The position numbers and the translations under genes are program-made. This document shows positions 1 to 6,609 of a stretch of 16,951 nucleotides of DNA, piece by piece. The first letter of the stretch is position 1. Each line of letters opens with the position of its first letter. Origin of the DNA: a virus; IMG/VR virus record IMGVR_UViG_3300029887_000063, one strand, 5' to 3'. The notes beneath the pieces are model-generated. The model was not told where the DNA came from. It saw only the letters and a program-made list of their open reading frames with translations, and searched no databases.

Positions 1-99
1 CCTGGGAACACGCCACACGCCCATAGCTGTAAACCCGCACGCCTCCCCGCTAGGGACGCTTCAACCACCACGCCACACGTGGTGTGTTTGTAACGCGCT
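1..99. repeat. Left copy of the exact 99-bp direct terminal repeat (circular-closure overlap)
   Basis: Bases 1-99 (cctgggaacacgcc...gtaacgcgct) are identical base for base to 16853-16951. The repeat lies in non-coding DNA and contains no tRNA-like or integrase-proximal sequence. Confidence 0.95.
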
Positions 100-173
100 G
101 GGCAAGGCGCGGCCGGGTGCTTTATCGCGCCTCCCCAGCAACCGACCTTCGGCTGGGTCAAGGGCATCTTCAG

Positions 174-296
174 TTATCGGCAGTCGTCGTCGGTGAAGAA
201 ATCACCAAGCCGGACGAGGGCGAGGACAATCCCGAGCATGAGGACCACGAACGGGCTTGCCAGCAGCAGCAGGACGGTCTTGATGAAACGTTTCAC
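174..296 (-). CDS. 40-aa hydrophobic single-pass membrane peptide (MKRFIKTVLLLLASPFVVLMLGIVLALVRLGDFFTDDDCR), unknown function
   Basis: Hand-translated; it falls below the ORF-track length cutoff. GTG start at 296 lies 6 nt after a GAGGA, 2 nt downstream of the stop of the preceding gene. The peptide has a basic N-terminus, about 22 hydrophobic residues and an acidic tail. The + strand ORF 84..353 is its antisense shadow. Confidence 0.5.
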   Translation of the reverse strand: MKRFIKTVLLLLASPFVVLMLGIVLALVRLGDFFTDDDCR

Positions 297-298
297 GG

Positions 299-454
299 TC
301 AATCCTCGTTGAAGCATCGGGTGATCTGTTTCTCAAGATCGTCAAGCTCGTAACCGTTGAACGGGACGCGCACGGTGATGCCTTCTTCCGTCTCAACGAT
401 CAGCTCGAAGAAGCAATGCTGCTTGCCATCCACTCGCTTGACTGTGACGCTCAT
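299..454 (-). CDS. 51-aa acidic hypothetical protein (MSVTVKRVDGKQHCFFELIVETEEGITVRVPFNGYELDDLEKQITRCFNED)
   Basis: Hand-translated. The ATG at 454 overlaps the stop of the upstream gene (ATGA), with AAGGAG 6 nt upstream. Composition is protein-like. Confidence 0.55.
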   Translation of the reverse strand: MSVTVKRVDGKQHCFFELIVETEEGITVRVPFNGYELDDLEKQITRCFNED

Positions 455-687
455 TCCTGGGCTCCTTCCCATTCACGACGGGCGCGCCTCGCGTGCATCA
501 TCGCCTTGTTGATCGCGCCCTTCATCGTCTGAAGGTCGCCCATGTCCAAGCCATCGAAATCGAACGATTGTTCGCCCACCTTGATGCTGCAGGCGAAGCC
601 GTAGGGATTGCCGCCGGTGCATTCCGACGGGTCGATGTCCTGCACATGGAAGTAATTGCTGGTACATTCCGGATTGAAAACACTCAT
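451..687 (-). CDS. 78-aa hypothetical protein with four Cys and a basic C-terminal helix
   Basis: ORF track 451..687. AAGGAG lies 7 nt upstream of the ATG. Amino-acid composition is balanced. It is the first gene of a three-gene coupled operon. Confidence 0.65.
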   Translation of the reverse strand: MSVFNPECTSNYFHVQDIDPSECTGGNPYGFACSIKVGEQSFDFDGLDMGDLQTMKGAINKAMMHARRARREWEGAQE

Positions 688-789
688 TTCACTGCTCCTT
701 GATTCATGGATTTAGGCTCCTTCCTCCGCAGCGATAGGCTTGTAATCGCACGAACCAAACCTTTCAAACAACGAAGGAAGGAAGAATAT

Positions 790-1401
790 ATGCACCTAAA
801 CTTCAGCGACATCATCGCCGTAATTTCGTTGGGTTGGACGGCCGCAACCTTCGGTAGAACGGTTCGACATAGACCAGAGGCATCATGGATGAACTCGTAC
901 ATCGTCACTCGCCTGCGCAACGCGACGCCACCACTGACCGACGAACACGGCCGCTTGCCAGTCAGGAAGGCCATGATTGCCAATGACGGCGATGGGGACG
1001 CTTTCGATGTCCGCGTGTTCGGACACAACTGCATAATCCGCGCATATGCATGGGAAAAACTCCCAAACGGTAGCTGGAAAATTGGCGAGCGGACGATGGT
1101 CCCTCGCATGTCCAACGAAGACGGTGACGACGTGAAAATAGCCATCTGGCTGCCCGATGGCGCGGATGACATGCCCGAGGATGCCAGGATCTGCATCCAC
1201 TGGACCAAATCACCCACAAGACTGCGCCGCTGTGGATACGAAGAGATACCACTCACTTCGGAACTCGCCGACAAATGGTGGGAGGAAAAGGACTGGAAGG
1301 CATCGCACAGACTGGCTGAACGATTCCGCACATGGTGCGCACACCGAAGGTTCCACCACAATCCCGAAGACGCCAGAAAATCACCGCAACCAACCATCTG
1401 A
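790..1401 (+). CDS. 203-aa N-terminally membrane-anchored protein of unknown function (accessory gene; candidate superinfection-exclusion or defence protein)
   Basis: Internal ATG at 790 of ORF 706..1401 is preceded by GAAGGAAGGAAG with a 5-nt spacer. The N-terminal hydrophobic helix FSDIIAVISLGWTAATF is followed by a soluble domain rich in D/E/W. The gene is isolated on the + strand between minus-strand genes and has lower GC than the structural genes. The opposite-strand ORF 684..1472 is Ser-rich and shadow-like. Confidence 0.7.
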   Translation: MHLNFSDIIAVISLGWTAATFGRTVRHRPEASWMNSYIVTRLRNATPPLTDEHGRLPVRKAMIANDGDGDAFDVRVFGHNCIIRAYAWEKLPNGSWKIGERTMVPRMSNEDGDDVKIAIWLPDGADDMPEDARICIHWTKSPTRLRRCGYEEIPLTSELADKWWEEKDWKASHRLAERFRTWCAHRRFHHNPEDARKSPQPTI

Positions 1402-1476
1402 ATCACCGTGACACGTAAATCGAAACCAGAATGGAACAAACCAGAGCCGTAATAGACAAAACAAGGTGCCAATCCA

Positions 1477-1683
1477 TTACTTCACCTCCAACGGAGCCCG
1501 GCCAAGCACGAAATCGGTGGAAACGTCGAAGAATTCGGCTATGCGCGACACATCACGCAACGTGAAATTTGAGCGGCCATGGAATTTGTCGCTGATGGCC
1601 TGCTCGGAGACGCCTAGCTCATGCGCCAGATCGCGCTGTGTGACGTGATTGTCTCTCATGAGTTTTCTTATCTGACTAATCAT
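1477..1683 (-). CDS. XRE/Cro-C1-type helix-turn-helix regulator, 68 aa (one half of the lysis-lysogeny switch)
   Basis: Classic HTH_3 pattern (VTQRDLAHELGVSEQAISDKFHGRSNFTLRDVSRIAEFFDVS). It is divergent from a second HTH gene across an AT-rich 99-bp spacer. No SD is visible, so it may be leaderless. Confidence 0.8.
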   Translation of the reverse strand: MISQIRKLMRDNHVTQRDLAHELGVSEQAISDKFHGRSNFTLRDVSRIAEFFDVSTDFVLGRAPLEVK

Positions 1684-1782
1684 TTAAAAACTTTCAGACT
1701 AAAGATTTGATGAAGTTCTAGACCAAAGATTAACCATATGACGTAGCCAACACGCCGAGTACTACGCTAAAACCGTAGTAAA
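1684..1782. promoter_or_regulatory. Divergent promoter/operator region of the genetic switch
   Basis: G+C is about 36% by hand count in an otherwise GC-rich genome. A direct repeat AGAC[T/C]AAAGATT sits at 1696..1707 and 1720..1731. An inverted repeat TACTACG-n7-CGTAGTA at 1760..1780 abuts the ATG at 1783. Confidence 0.6.
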
Positions 1783-2082
1783 ATGAATTTCATGACAATG
1801 CTAGATATTCAGCCGAGCGCTACATTGCGCAGGCAGGACGTTGTTGCGATGAATACGAACATGATCTTGTCCAACAGCGGTTTAATGAAGAAGGACCTTG
1901 CTAAGGCAATGGGGCTCTCGCCGCAATCGATGGCGTCGAGGCTTCAGAGCAAGGCCGATTGGACCATTGACGAAACTTGCGCGGCGGCCGATTTCTTCGG
2001 CGTCCCGTTGATGGCTTTGCTGGATGAGAACTTAACGCCAGCAAAAGCTATGGAATATATAAAAAACCGCCGCCCCGGATGA
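1783..2082 (+). CDS. HTH DNA-binding regulator, 99 aa (second half of the switch; co-oriented with integrase)
   Basis: HTH-like segment LMKKDLAKAMGLSPQSMASRLQSKADWTIDETCAAADFFGVPLMALL. The start is uncertain: ATG at 1783, 1792 or 1798, or the ATG at 1849 (MNTNMIL...). Confidence 0.65.
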   Translation: MNFMTMLDIQPSATLRRQDVVAMNTNMILSNSGLMKKDLAKAMGLSPQSMASRLQSKADWTIDETCAAADFFGVPLMALLDENLTPAKAMEYIKNRRPG

Positions 2083-2099
2083 TGGGAACGACGGTCAAT

Positions 2100-2136
2100 T
2101 GGTAGCGGGGCATGGATTTGAACCGTGGACCTCTGG
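2100..2136 (-). other. attP core candidate: mimic of a tRNA 3' end (variable loop, T-arm, acceptor 3' strand, discriminator, CCA)
   Basis: The minus strand reads CCAGAGGTC-CACGG-TTCAAAT-CCATG-CCCCGCT-A-CCA. This is a canonical GGTTCAAATCC T-loop plus a 7-nt acceptor strand, A73 and CCA. No matching 5' acceptor strand or D-arm is present, so it is a fragment. It lies about 90 bp upstream of the integrase gene. Confidence 0.7.
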
Positions 2137-2174
2137 TAACGTTGTTGCCCAGAGGTCCACGGTTCAAATCCATG
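2111..2174. repeat. Perfect 26-bp inverted repeat (12-nt loop) built from the tRNA-like segment; likely strong hairpin, terminator or insulator
   Basis: catggatttgaaccgtggacctctgg (2111..2136) is the exact reverse complement of ccagaggtccacggttcaaatccatg (2149..2174). It is followed on the + strand by a T-rich tract (gattatttgatttta). Confidence 0.9.
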
Positions 2175-2227
2175 AAGCCCGATTATTTGATTTTATCCTA
2201 GCGGCGTAATGCCGCCGGCCGCCAAGG

Positions 2228-3067
2228 ATGCCGGCCGTGAGTATGCACAAAAAGCTGCCCCCTGCTCAGTGGCGGGACGAAATCACCCTATGGCTCGAAT
2301 CGCTCACGGCGGCGGGTCTCAGTCAGGACACGATCAACACGCGGCGGTGCAAGATAGGGCACGCGGCGCGGTGCCTGGATAAATCGCCCTATGACGTGAC
2401 GTCAGAGGATCTAGTGCATTGGACGGCCTCGCAGTCCTGGAAGGCGGAGACGCGCAAGGGCTATCGGAATACGCTCGTCGGTTTTTTCCGGTGGCTGCAT
2501 GCCACGGGCCGGCGCGCGGACGATCCGGCGGTCGCGCTGCCGAAGGTGCGCAAGACGCGGCCGCATCCCCGCCCGTGCCCCGACGCGCACATATACGCCG
2601 CCATGTGCGCCGCGAACGATGTGGAACGGCTCATGCTGCGCCTTGGTGCCGAAGCCGGGTTGAGACTGTCCGAAATCGCGGCCGTCCACTCGCGCGACGT
2701 GCTGGAAGGCGACGCCGGCCCGTCGCTGATAGTGCGGGGCAAGGGCGACAAACAGCGCATAGTGCCCATAAGCGAAGACCTGGCGAAGCGGATAACGGCC
2801 GCGCCCGGTTGGCTGTTCCCCGGCCGGTGGCGGGGACACGTCGAAAAATCGTATGTGTCCCGCCACCTCACACGGCTGCTGCCGGACGGTTGGGGGCCGC
2901 ACTCGCTGCGCCACCGGTACGCCACGCGCATGTACGAGACCACGCACGATCTGCTGCTGGTCTCGAAGCTGCTGGGACATAGCAGCGTGGAGACCACGCA
3001 AATCTACGTGGCGATGCCGGATAGCCGGCTGCGCGTCGGCCTGGACGCGGTGACGTTGGCCGGCTAG
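2228..3067 (+). CDS. int: Tyrosine recombinase / phage integrase (XerC/D-like)
   Basis: The catalytic signature is readable: GLRLSE (Arg I), KGDKQR (Lys), HSLRHRYAT (His-x-x-Arg II) and LGHSSVETTQIYV (His plus the Tyr nucleophile). There is an N-terminal SAM-like core-binding region. The start could instead be the ATG at 2243. Confidence 0.9.
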   Translation: MPAVSMHKKLPPAQWRDEITLWLESLTAAGLSQDTINTRRCKIGHAARCLDKSPYDVTSEDLVHWTASQSWKAETRKGYRNTLVGFFRWLHATGRRADDPAVALPKVRKTRPHPRPCPDAHIYAAMCAANDVERLMLRLGAEAGLRLSEIAAVHSRDVLEGDAGPSLIVRGKGDKQRIVPISEDLAKRITAAPGWLFPGRWRGHVEKSYVSRHLTRLLPDGWGPHSLRHRYATRMYETTHDLLLVSKLLGHSSVETTQIYVAMPDSRLRVGLDAVTLAG

Positions 3068-3068
3068 A

Positions 3069-3389
3069 TTATTTGCCGGCCATGCGTAGAGGGTTGTAGG
3101 CGACGCCGAAACCGCCGGTGAGCACGCCGCCCGCGAAGATGATGTATTCGCCGATGTCGGCGTGGCCCGCGAGGGCGACGCCTCCACCCGCGAGTACGGC
3201 GGCGAGGCCGACGACGTAGATCACCGTTCGGATGGTCTCGCTGAACACGGGGGTGTATCCCTTGCTTGCGTCGATCTGCGCGGCGGCTTTGTGGTCGGCC
3301 ACGCCTGGTGTGTTCGTGTCCGTGGTGATGGTGTTGTTCTCGGCGGCGAGCATCTGCTCGCTGGTGGGCTGTTGCATGTCGGCGCTCAT
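3069..3389 (-). CDS. Putative holin, 106 aa with two C-terminal transmembrane helices
   Basis: The ATG at 3389 overlaps the endolysin stop (ATGA). Hydrophobic helices are TVIYVVGLAAVLAGGGVALAG and YIIFAGGVLTGGFGVAY. Only the last 106 codons of track ORF 3069..4160 look protein-like. It sits immediately downstream of the lysin. Confidence 0.6.
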   Translation of the reverse strand: MSADMQQPTSEQMLAAENNTITTDTNTPGVADHKAAAQIDASKGYTPVFSETIRTVIYVVGLAAVLAGGGVALAGHADIGEYIIFAGGVLTGGFGVAYNPLRMAGK

Positions 3390-4171
3390 TTGGCGGTGTC
3401 CTTCTCCTGTGCGGTCATGGTGATGACGAGTTTGTCGATTTTGTCGCTGACGGCCTTGGCGGTCCTGTCGGCGATGTCCTCGGGGTTGCTGCCGAGCGCC
3501 GTGGTGAGCTTGTCGATCTGCCGCTGCTGGGCCGCGACGGTTGCCTGCAGGGCAGTGACGGCTTTCTTCACGTCGCTGATACGGCCGGGCAGTTCGTAGT
3601 TGATGGCGTTGTACATGTTGCCGCCCAACGCGCTCTTGTTGTAGTTGTATCCCCATATTTCGGCTGCTGTTGCCATGTCGATGTCTCCGTATCCGTTGAT
3701 TTGGTTTGCTTTGTTGATGATGTACCGCCAGTTGAGCCCGTTCGGGCACAGGTCCGGGCAGGCCGGGTGCGCGTATGGAGGCACGTCCCGGTGCAGGAAT
3801 ATGTTCCTGCCGCGTTCCAGCTTGCCGAACCCGTACCGGCGGGCGATGTCCGCGCATAGGCGGGCGCTGGCGTCGAGGCATGCCTGGGTGCATGGGATGA
3901 AGTCGAGTCCGCCCTGGTGCTCGATGCTGATGGTCTGGCAGTTGCTTGTGTAGCTGCCGTCCGCCCATGCGGCATCCGTCTCGGCGACGTACTGGTGGGT
4001 CTCCCCGTTGCCGCCGATGCCGTAGGTGCTTGATGCCTGGTATGAGGCACGCTGGAAGATGTTGTCGGTGCCGGCGAGCCAGCCGGCCATGATGTGAAGG
4101 GTGATGCGTGTGACGCGGTATCCCCTTCGCCCCGCGTAGTGGTTGGGGCTGCCTATCCATGTGATGCTCAT
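3386..4171 (-). CDS. Endolysin: N-acetylmuramoyl-L-alanine amidase (Amidase_2/PGRP-type) with a coiled-coil-like C-terminal region
   Basis: Start at internal ATG 4171 (MSITWIGSPNHY...). Amidase_2-like landmarks are ITLHIMAG, ASSTYGIGGNGETHQYV, AWADGSYTSNCQTISIEH and HRDV...CP. The C-terminal ~90 aa are heptad-like (VKKAVTALQATVAAQQRQIDKLTTAL...). Confidence 0.8.
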   Translation of the reverse strand: MSITWIGSPNHYAGRRGYRVTRITLHIMAGWLAGTDNIFQRASYQASSTYGIGGNGETHQYVAETDAAWADGSYTSNCQTISIEHQGGLDFIPCTQACLDASARLCADIARRYGFGKLERGRNIFLHRDVPPYAHPACPDLCPNGLNWRYIINKANQINGYGDIDMATAAEIWGYNYNKSALGGNMYNAINYELPGRISDVKKAVTALQATVAAQQRQIDKLTTALGSNPEDIADRTAKAVSDKIDKLVITMTAQEKDTAK

Positions 4172-4178
4172 CGCATGC

Positions 4179-4463
4179 TTATTCCTTTCCGTCGTCGTTG
4201 TCCTGGAAGAGCCCGTCGGGCGCGCTCGGTGGCGGTGGAGGCGCGCGCCGCCATATCGCGTCCACAAGTTCCCTGTTCCACAACCACAGGAGCTGTCGGT
4301 CTCGGGCGCTTTGGTCGAGTTGGCGTTGCGCCTCGATGAGCAGGCGGCTGGCGTCGGTGTCCTTGTCGCTGCGTGTCTTCGCCCATGTGGCCACGAACTG
4401 GACGCACGCGCCTACGGCCACGCCTCCCGTGCCGATGAGTGCGCTGATTATCGATTCGGTCAT
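4179..4463 (-). CDS. 94-aa single-pass membrane protein (possible second holin/antiholin-like lysis factor)
   Basis: The ATG at 4463 overlaps the upstream stop (ATGA). An N-terminal TM helix IISALIGTGGVAVGACVQFVATW is followed by a charged helical segment and a PPPPPSAP tail. It sits directly upstream of the endolysin. Confidence 0.55.
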   Translation of the reverse strand: MTESIISALIGTGGVAVGACVQFVATWAKTRSDKDTDASRLLIEAQRQLDQSARDRQLLWLWNRELVDAIWRRAPPPPPSAPDGLFQDNDDGKE

Positions 4464-5086
4464 GCCGGGTCGCCCGCGGTGTAGATGAAGACGATCCAGA
4501 CGTTGATGGCGGCCGTGTTCGACGAGCCTTTGCGCACGATGATCTCGCTCGGTGTGACCGTGACTTCCGAATGCCAGTAGGTGTCTGTCGCAAGGTATGG
4601 CTGCATGGAGCCGTTCTTGCCCTGTGTGATGACGTGTGCATCCAGCAGCGTATACATGTTGCTGATGCCCGGTGATGTTCTGGAATTGTTCGCCAGATTC
4701 TTGTATTCCCTTACCTGCATGTAGATTCTCCGGCCATCGACCCATTTGCGGCCGGTGTAGATCTCTGAGTTGAGTCTCCATACGCCGTTCCATGGCTGGT
4801 CGGCGTTCCTGGTCTTGACCCATTGGGTCCCGTCCCACACGTATGGGCCGTTGTCGTCGTTGCCGCCGGTGACGAAACCTGGTTGGCCGGTCACGCCGGT
4901 GATGCTGGCCAATGTTTCCAAGGTGGTGGCTATGGCGGGTTTCACGCCGGCCGGGGTGTTGCGGCTGTCCACCTCGTTGAGTGCGTTCTCGAAGCCCTCG
5001 GCCATGGTCTTGAACTGGGCGGGCGCGCTTGACACGAGGTCGCCGGCCTCGATGTAGGGCAGGCCATAGATCGGTGTGGTTTTCAT
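4460..5086 (-). CDS. Minor tail protein / putative tail fibre (receptor-binding candidate), 208 aa
   Basis: The ATG at 5086 is preceded by GGAGGAACC and overlaps the upstream stop (ATGA). The N-terminus MKTTPIYGLPYIEAGDLV resembles the conserved N-terminal motif of actinophage tail-fibre proteins. It is the last tail gene before the lysis cassette. Confidence 0.55.
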   Translation of the reverse strand: MKTTPIYGLPYIEAGDLVSSAPAQFKTMAEGFENALNEVDSRNTPAGVKPAIATTLETLASITGVTGQPGFVTGGNDDNGPYVWDGTQWVKTRNADQPWNGVWRLNSEIYTGRKWVDGRRIYMQVREYKNLANNSRTSPGISNMYTLLDAHVITQGKNGSMQPYLATDTYWHSEVTVTPSEIIVRKGSSNTAAINVWIVFIYTAGDPA

Positions 5087-6609
5087 GGTTCCTCCGTGAT
5101 GGTGGTTGGTTGCTGATAGGTGTCGACGAGGGATAGTTCGGCGAGGGTGAGTGCGCATTGACTCCACGTGGCGGGCCATGCGCCCATGCTTGCCCAGGTG
5201 GTCGCGGCAGCTGCGGCGACTGGCAGCGGCCATAACGTCACCTCGTTGCGGAGCAGTGGCCGGCCGCTCCTCCACTGGTAGGTGAGCGTGCCGCCGATGC
5301 TTGCCCACGCGCCGGATGCCGCCGGGTTTCCGTCGTCGCCGGCGAGCCGTGACGACGTGGCTCCCTGGATGACCAGCGGGCCGCTGCTGGCGGTGAGATA
5401 CAGGCGCGCGTGCGTTGCTGGGTCGAGCCTGCGGCTGTCGAACACGATGGTCTCCGGCCGCAATCGCCGGTCAACCGTGACGAGCAGACGGGAGAACGCC
5501 GCGCGTTCATCGTCGCCAGGCGTCCATACGGTGCCGCCTGCGCGGGTCCACACTCCGCCGCTTTCGTCCGCTGAAACCACGTCGGCTTCAACGGTGACGC
5601 TTGACTGGGTGGTTTTCAGGTTGGCCGGCAGCGTGCCGAGGTCGGATAGCTCGGTGTCGTGCTGGTCGAACTCAAGCACGCCGTCGCTTGCCTTCGCGGT
5701 CTTGCCCTGGATGACGAACTGCGTGACGGGTTCCGGGATGGTCAGCGTCTGTTCGTCATCGATGATGATTTCGGCAGCGTCCAAACCGTCCAGCGTCTCT
5801 CCGGTCCAGTCGGTCACGGTGAACCGTCCCACGGTATCGACGCCGAGCGTCACGGGAACGCCGAACGGCATGTAATCCAGACGGCTCACCGCACGATCCG
5901 GGTATTCGTACCAGATGGGCCACATGCTCTCATGCGCGAACGTGCGATGCAGCAAATCCAGTTGGGACGGATAATCGTCGGTCTTATAGGCCGCCATGGA
6001 ATCGGTGGAGGTCAAACCGGATACGGAGACCCGGGGAGCGTCGGCGTCGGCGGCGCGCCGGTTGAGCTCTTCCACACGGCCGCTCATGCCGGCGACCCAA
6101 TGCAGTCCCGCATACCTGGCGTCGGATGACGTTGGCCCCTGCTTCTGCAATCTCTTCCACAGGATCATGCGACCGCTGGCGCTCAATTCCAGCAGCCATC
6201 CGTCGCCATGCGGTCGCGCGTCGCCGCCGTTCTGCACCAGTCCGTCGAACAGGGTGATTGCCGTGCTGGACGTGCTGGAAGGCAGGCCGGGCGTGTAAGC
6301 CTGGTGCATCGCTTCCACTCGCATATGCTGCGCCGACCATGGGCCCATATCGTCTCGGAGCATGCCCCACGTGGGCTGTTCGCTGATCTGCACGAGCACG
6401 CGGGTCCCGGCCAATGTGAGCGCGCGGCCGGTGAGCCACCCGGTACGATCCCGCAAGGTGAACGACATCACCGACGGTTCGGGCTGTTCGGCGAGGTCAT
6501 CGGTGCCCCACTGGATGCTGAAGCCGGCCAACGCGGCCACGTCCTCGGCATGGTCGTTGACGGACTTCCAGCCGTCGCCCCAGTCCAGGAACATGAAACA
6601 CTGCTGCAC
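5083..6609 (-). CDS. Minor tail protein (distal tail / baseplate-hub-like), 508 aa
   Basis: It lies immediately downstream of the tape measure. The GTG at 6609 overlaps the TMP stop by 1 nt; an alternative ATG is at 6594. Size and position fit a Dit/Tal-type protein. No motif-level assignment is possible by eye. Confidence 0.6.
   Translation of the reverse strand: MQQCFMFLDWGDGWKSVNDHAEDVAALAGFSIQWGTDDLAEQPEPSVMSFTLRDRTGWLTGRALTLAGTRVLVQISEQPTWGMLRDDMGPWSAQHMRVEAMHQAYTPGLPSSTSSTAITLFDGLVQNGGDARPHGDGWLLELSASGRMILWKRLQKQGPTSSDARYAGLHWVAGMSGRVEELNRRAADADAPRVSVSGLTSTDSMAAYKTDDYPSQLDLLHRTFAHESMWPIWYEYPDRAVSRLDYMPFGVPVTLGVDTVGRFTVTDWTGETLDGLDAAEIIIDDEQTLTIPEPVTQFVIQGKTAKASDGVLEFDQHDTELSDLGTLPANLKTTQSSVTVEADVVSADESGGVWTRAGGTVWTPGDDERAAFSRLLVTVDRRLRPETIVFDSRRLDPATHARLYLTASSGPLVIQGATSSRLAGDDGNPAASGAWASIGGTLTYQWRSGRPLLRNEVTLWPLPVAAAAATTWASMGAWPATWSQCALTLAELSLVDTYQQPTTITEEP

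Noticed and set aside
1-99. The 99-bp terminal direct repeats as attL/attR of an integrated prophage
   Set aside because: The repeat is far from int and has no tRNA or host-gene character. There is no flanking host sequence outside it. A separate tRNA-like attP sits next to int. Exact end overlap fits closure of a circular or concatemeric molecule better. An overlap equal to an assembler k-mer length is typical of circular contigs.
84-353. 89-aa + strand ORF at the left end
   Set aside because: It has no SD and a low-complexity, junk-like sequence. The opposite strand holds two short genes with good SDs and coupled starts (174..296 and 299..454) that explain the open frame.
684-1472. 262-aa minus-strand ORF
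   Set aside because: It is Ser/Leu/Cys-rich and non-protein-like. It lies antisense to 790..1401, which has a strong RBS, a TM helix and normal composition.
2100-2174. A complete tRNA gene
   Set aside because: Only the 3' 37 nt are tRNA-like. The would-be anticodon loop is 12 nt, there is no D-arm, and no 5' acceptor strand complements CCCCGCT. I interpret it as an attP tRNA fragment plus its inverted copy.
3069-4160. 363-aa minus-strand ORF overlapping the endolysin
   Set aside because: All but its last 106 codons overlap the amidase gene out of frame and read as Arg/Gln/His/Pro junk. Only the C-terminal part from ATG 3389 (the 2-TM protein) is retained.
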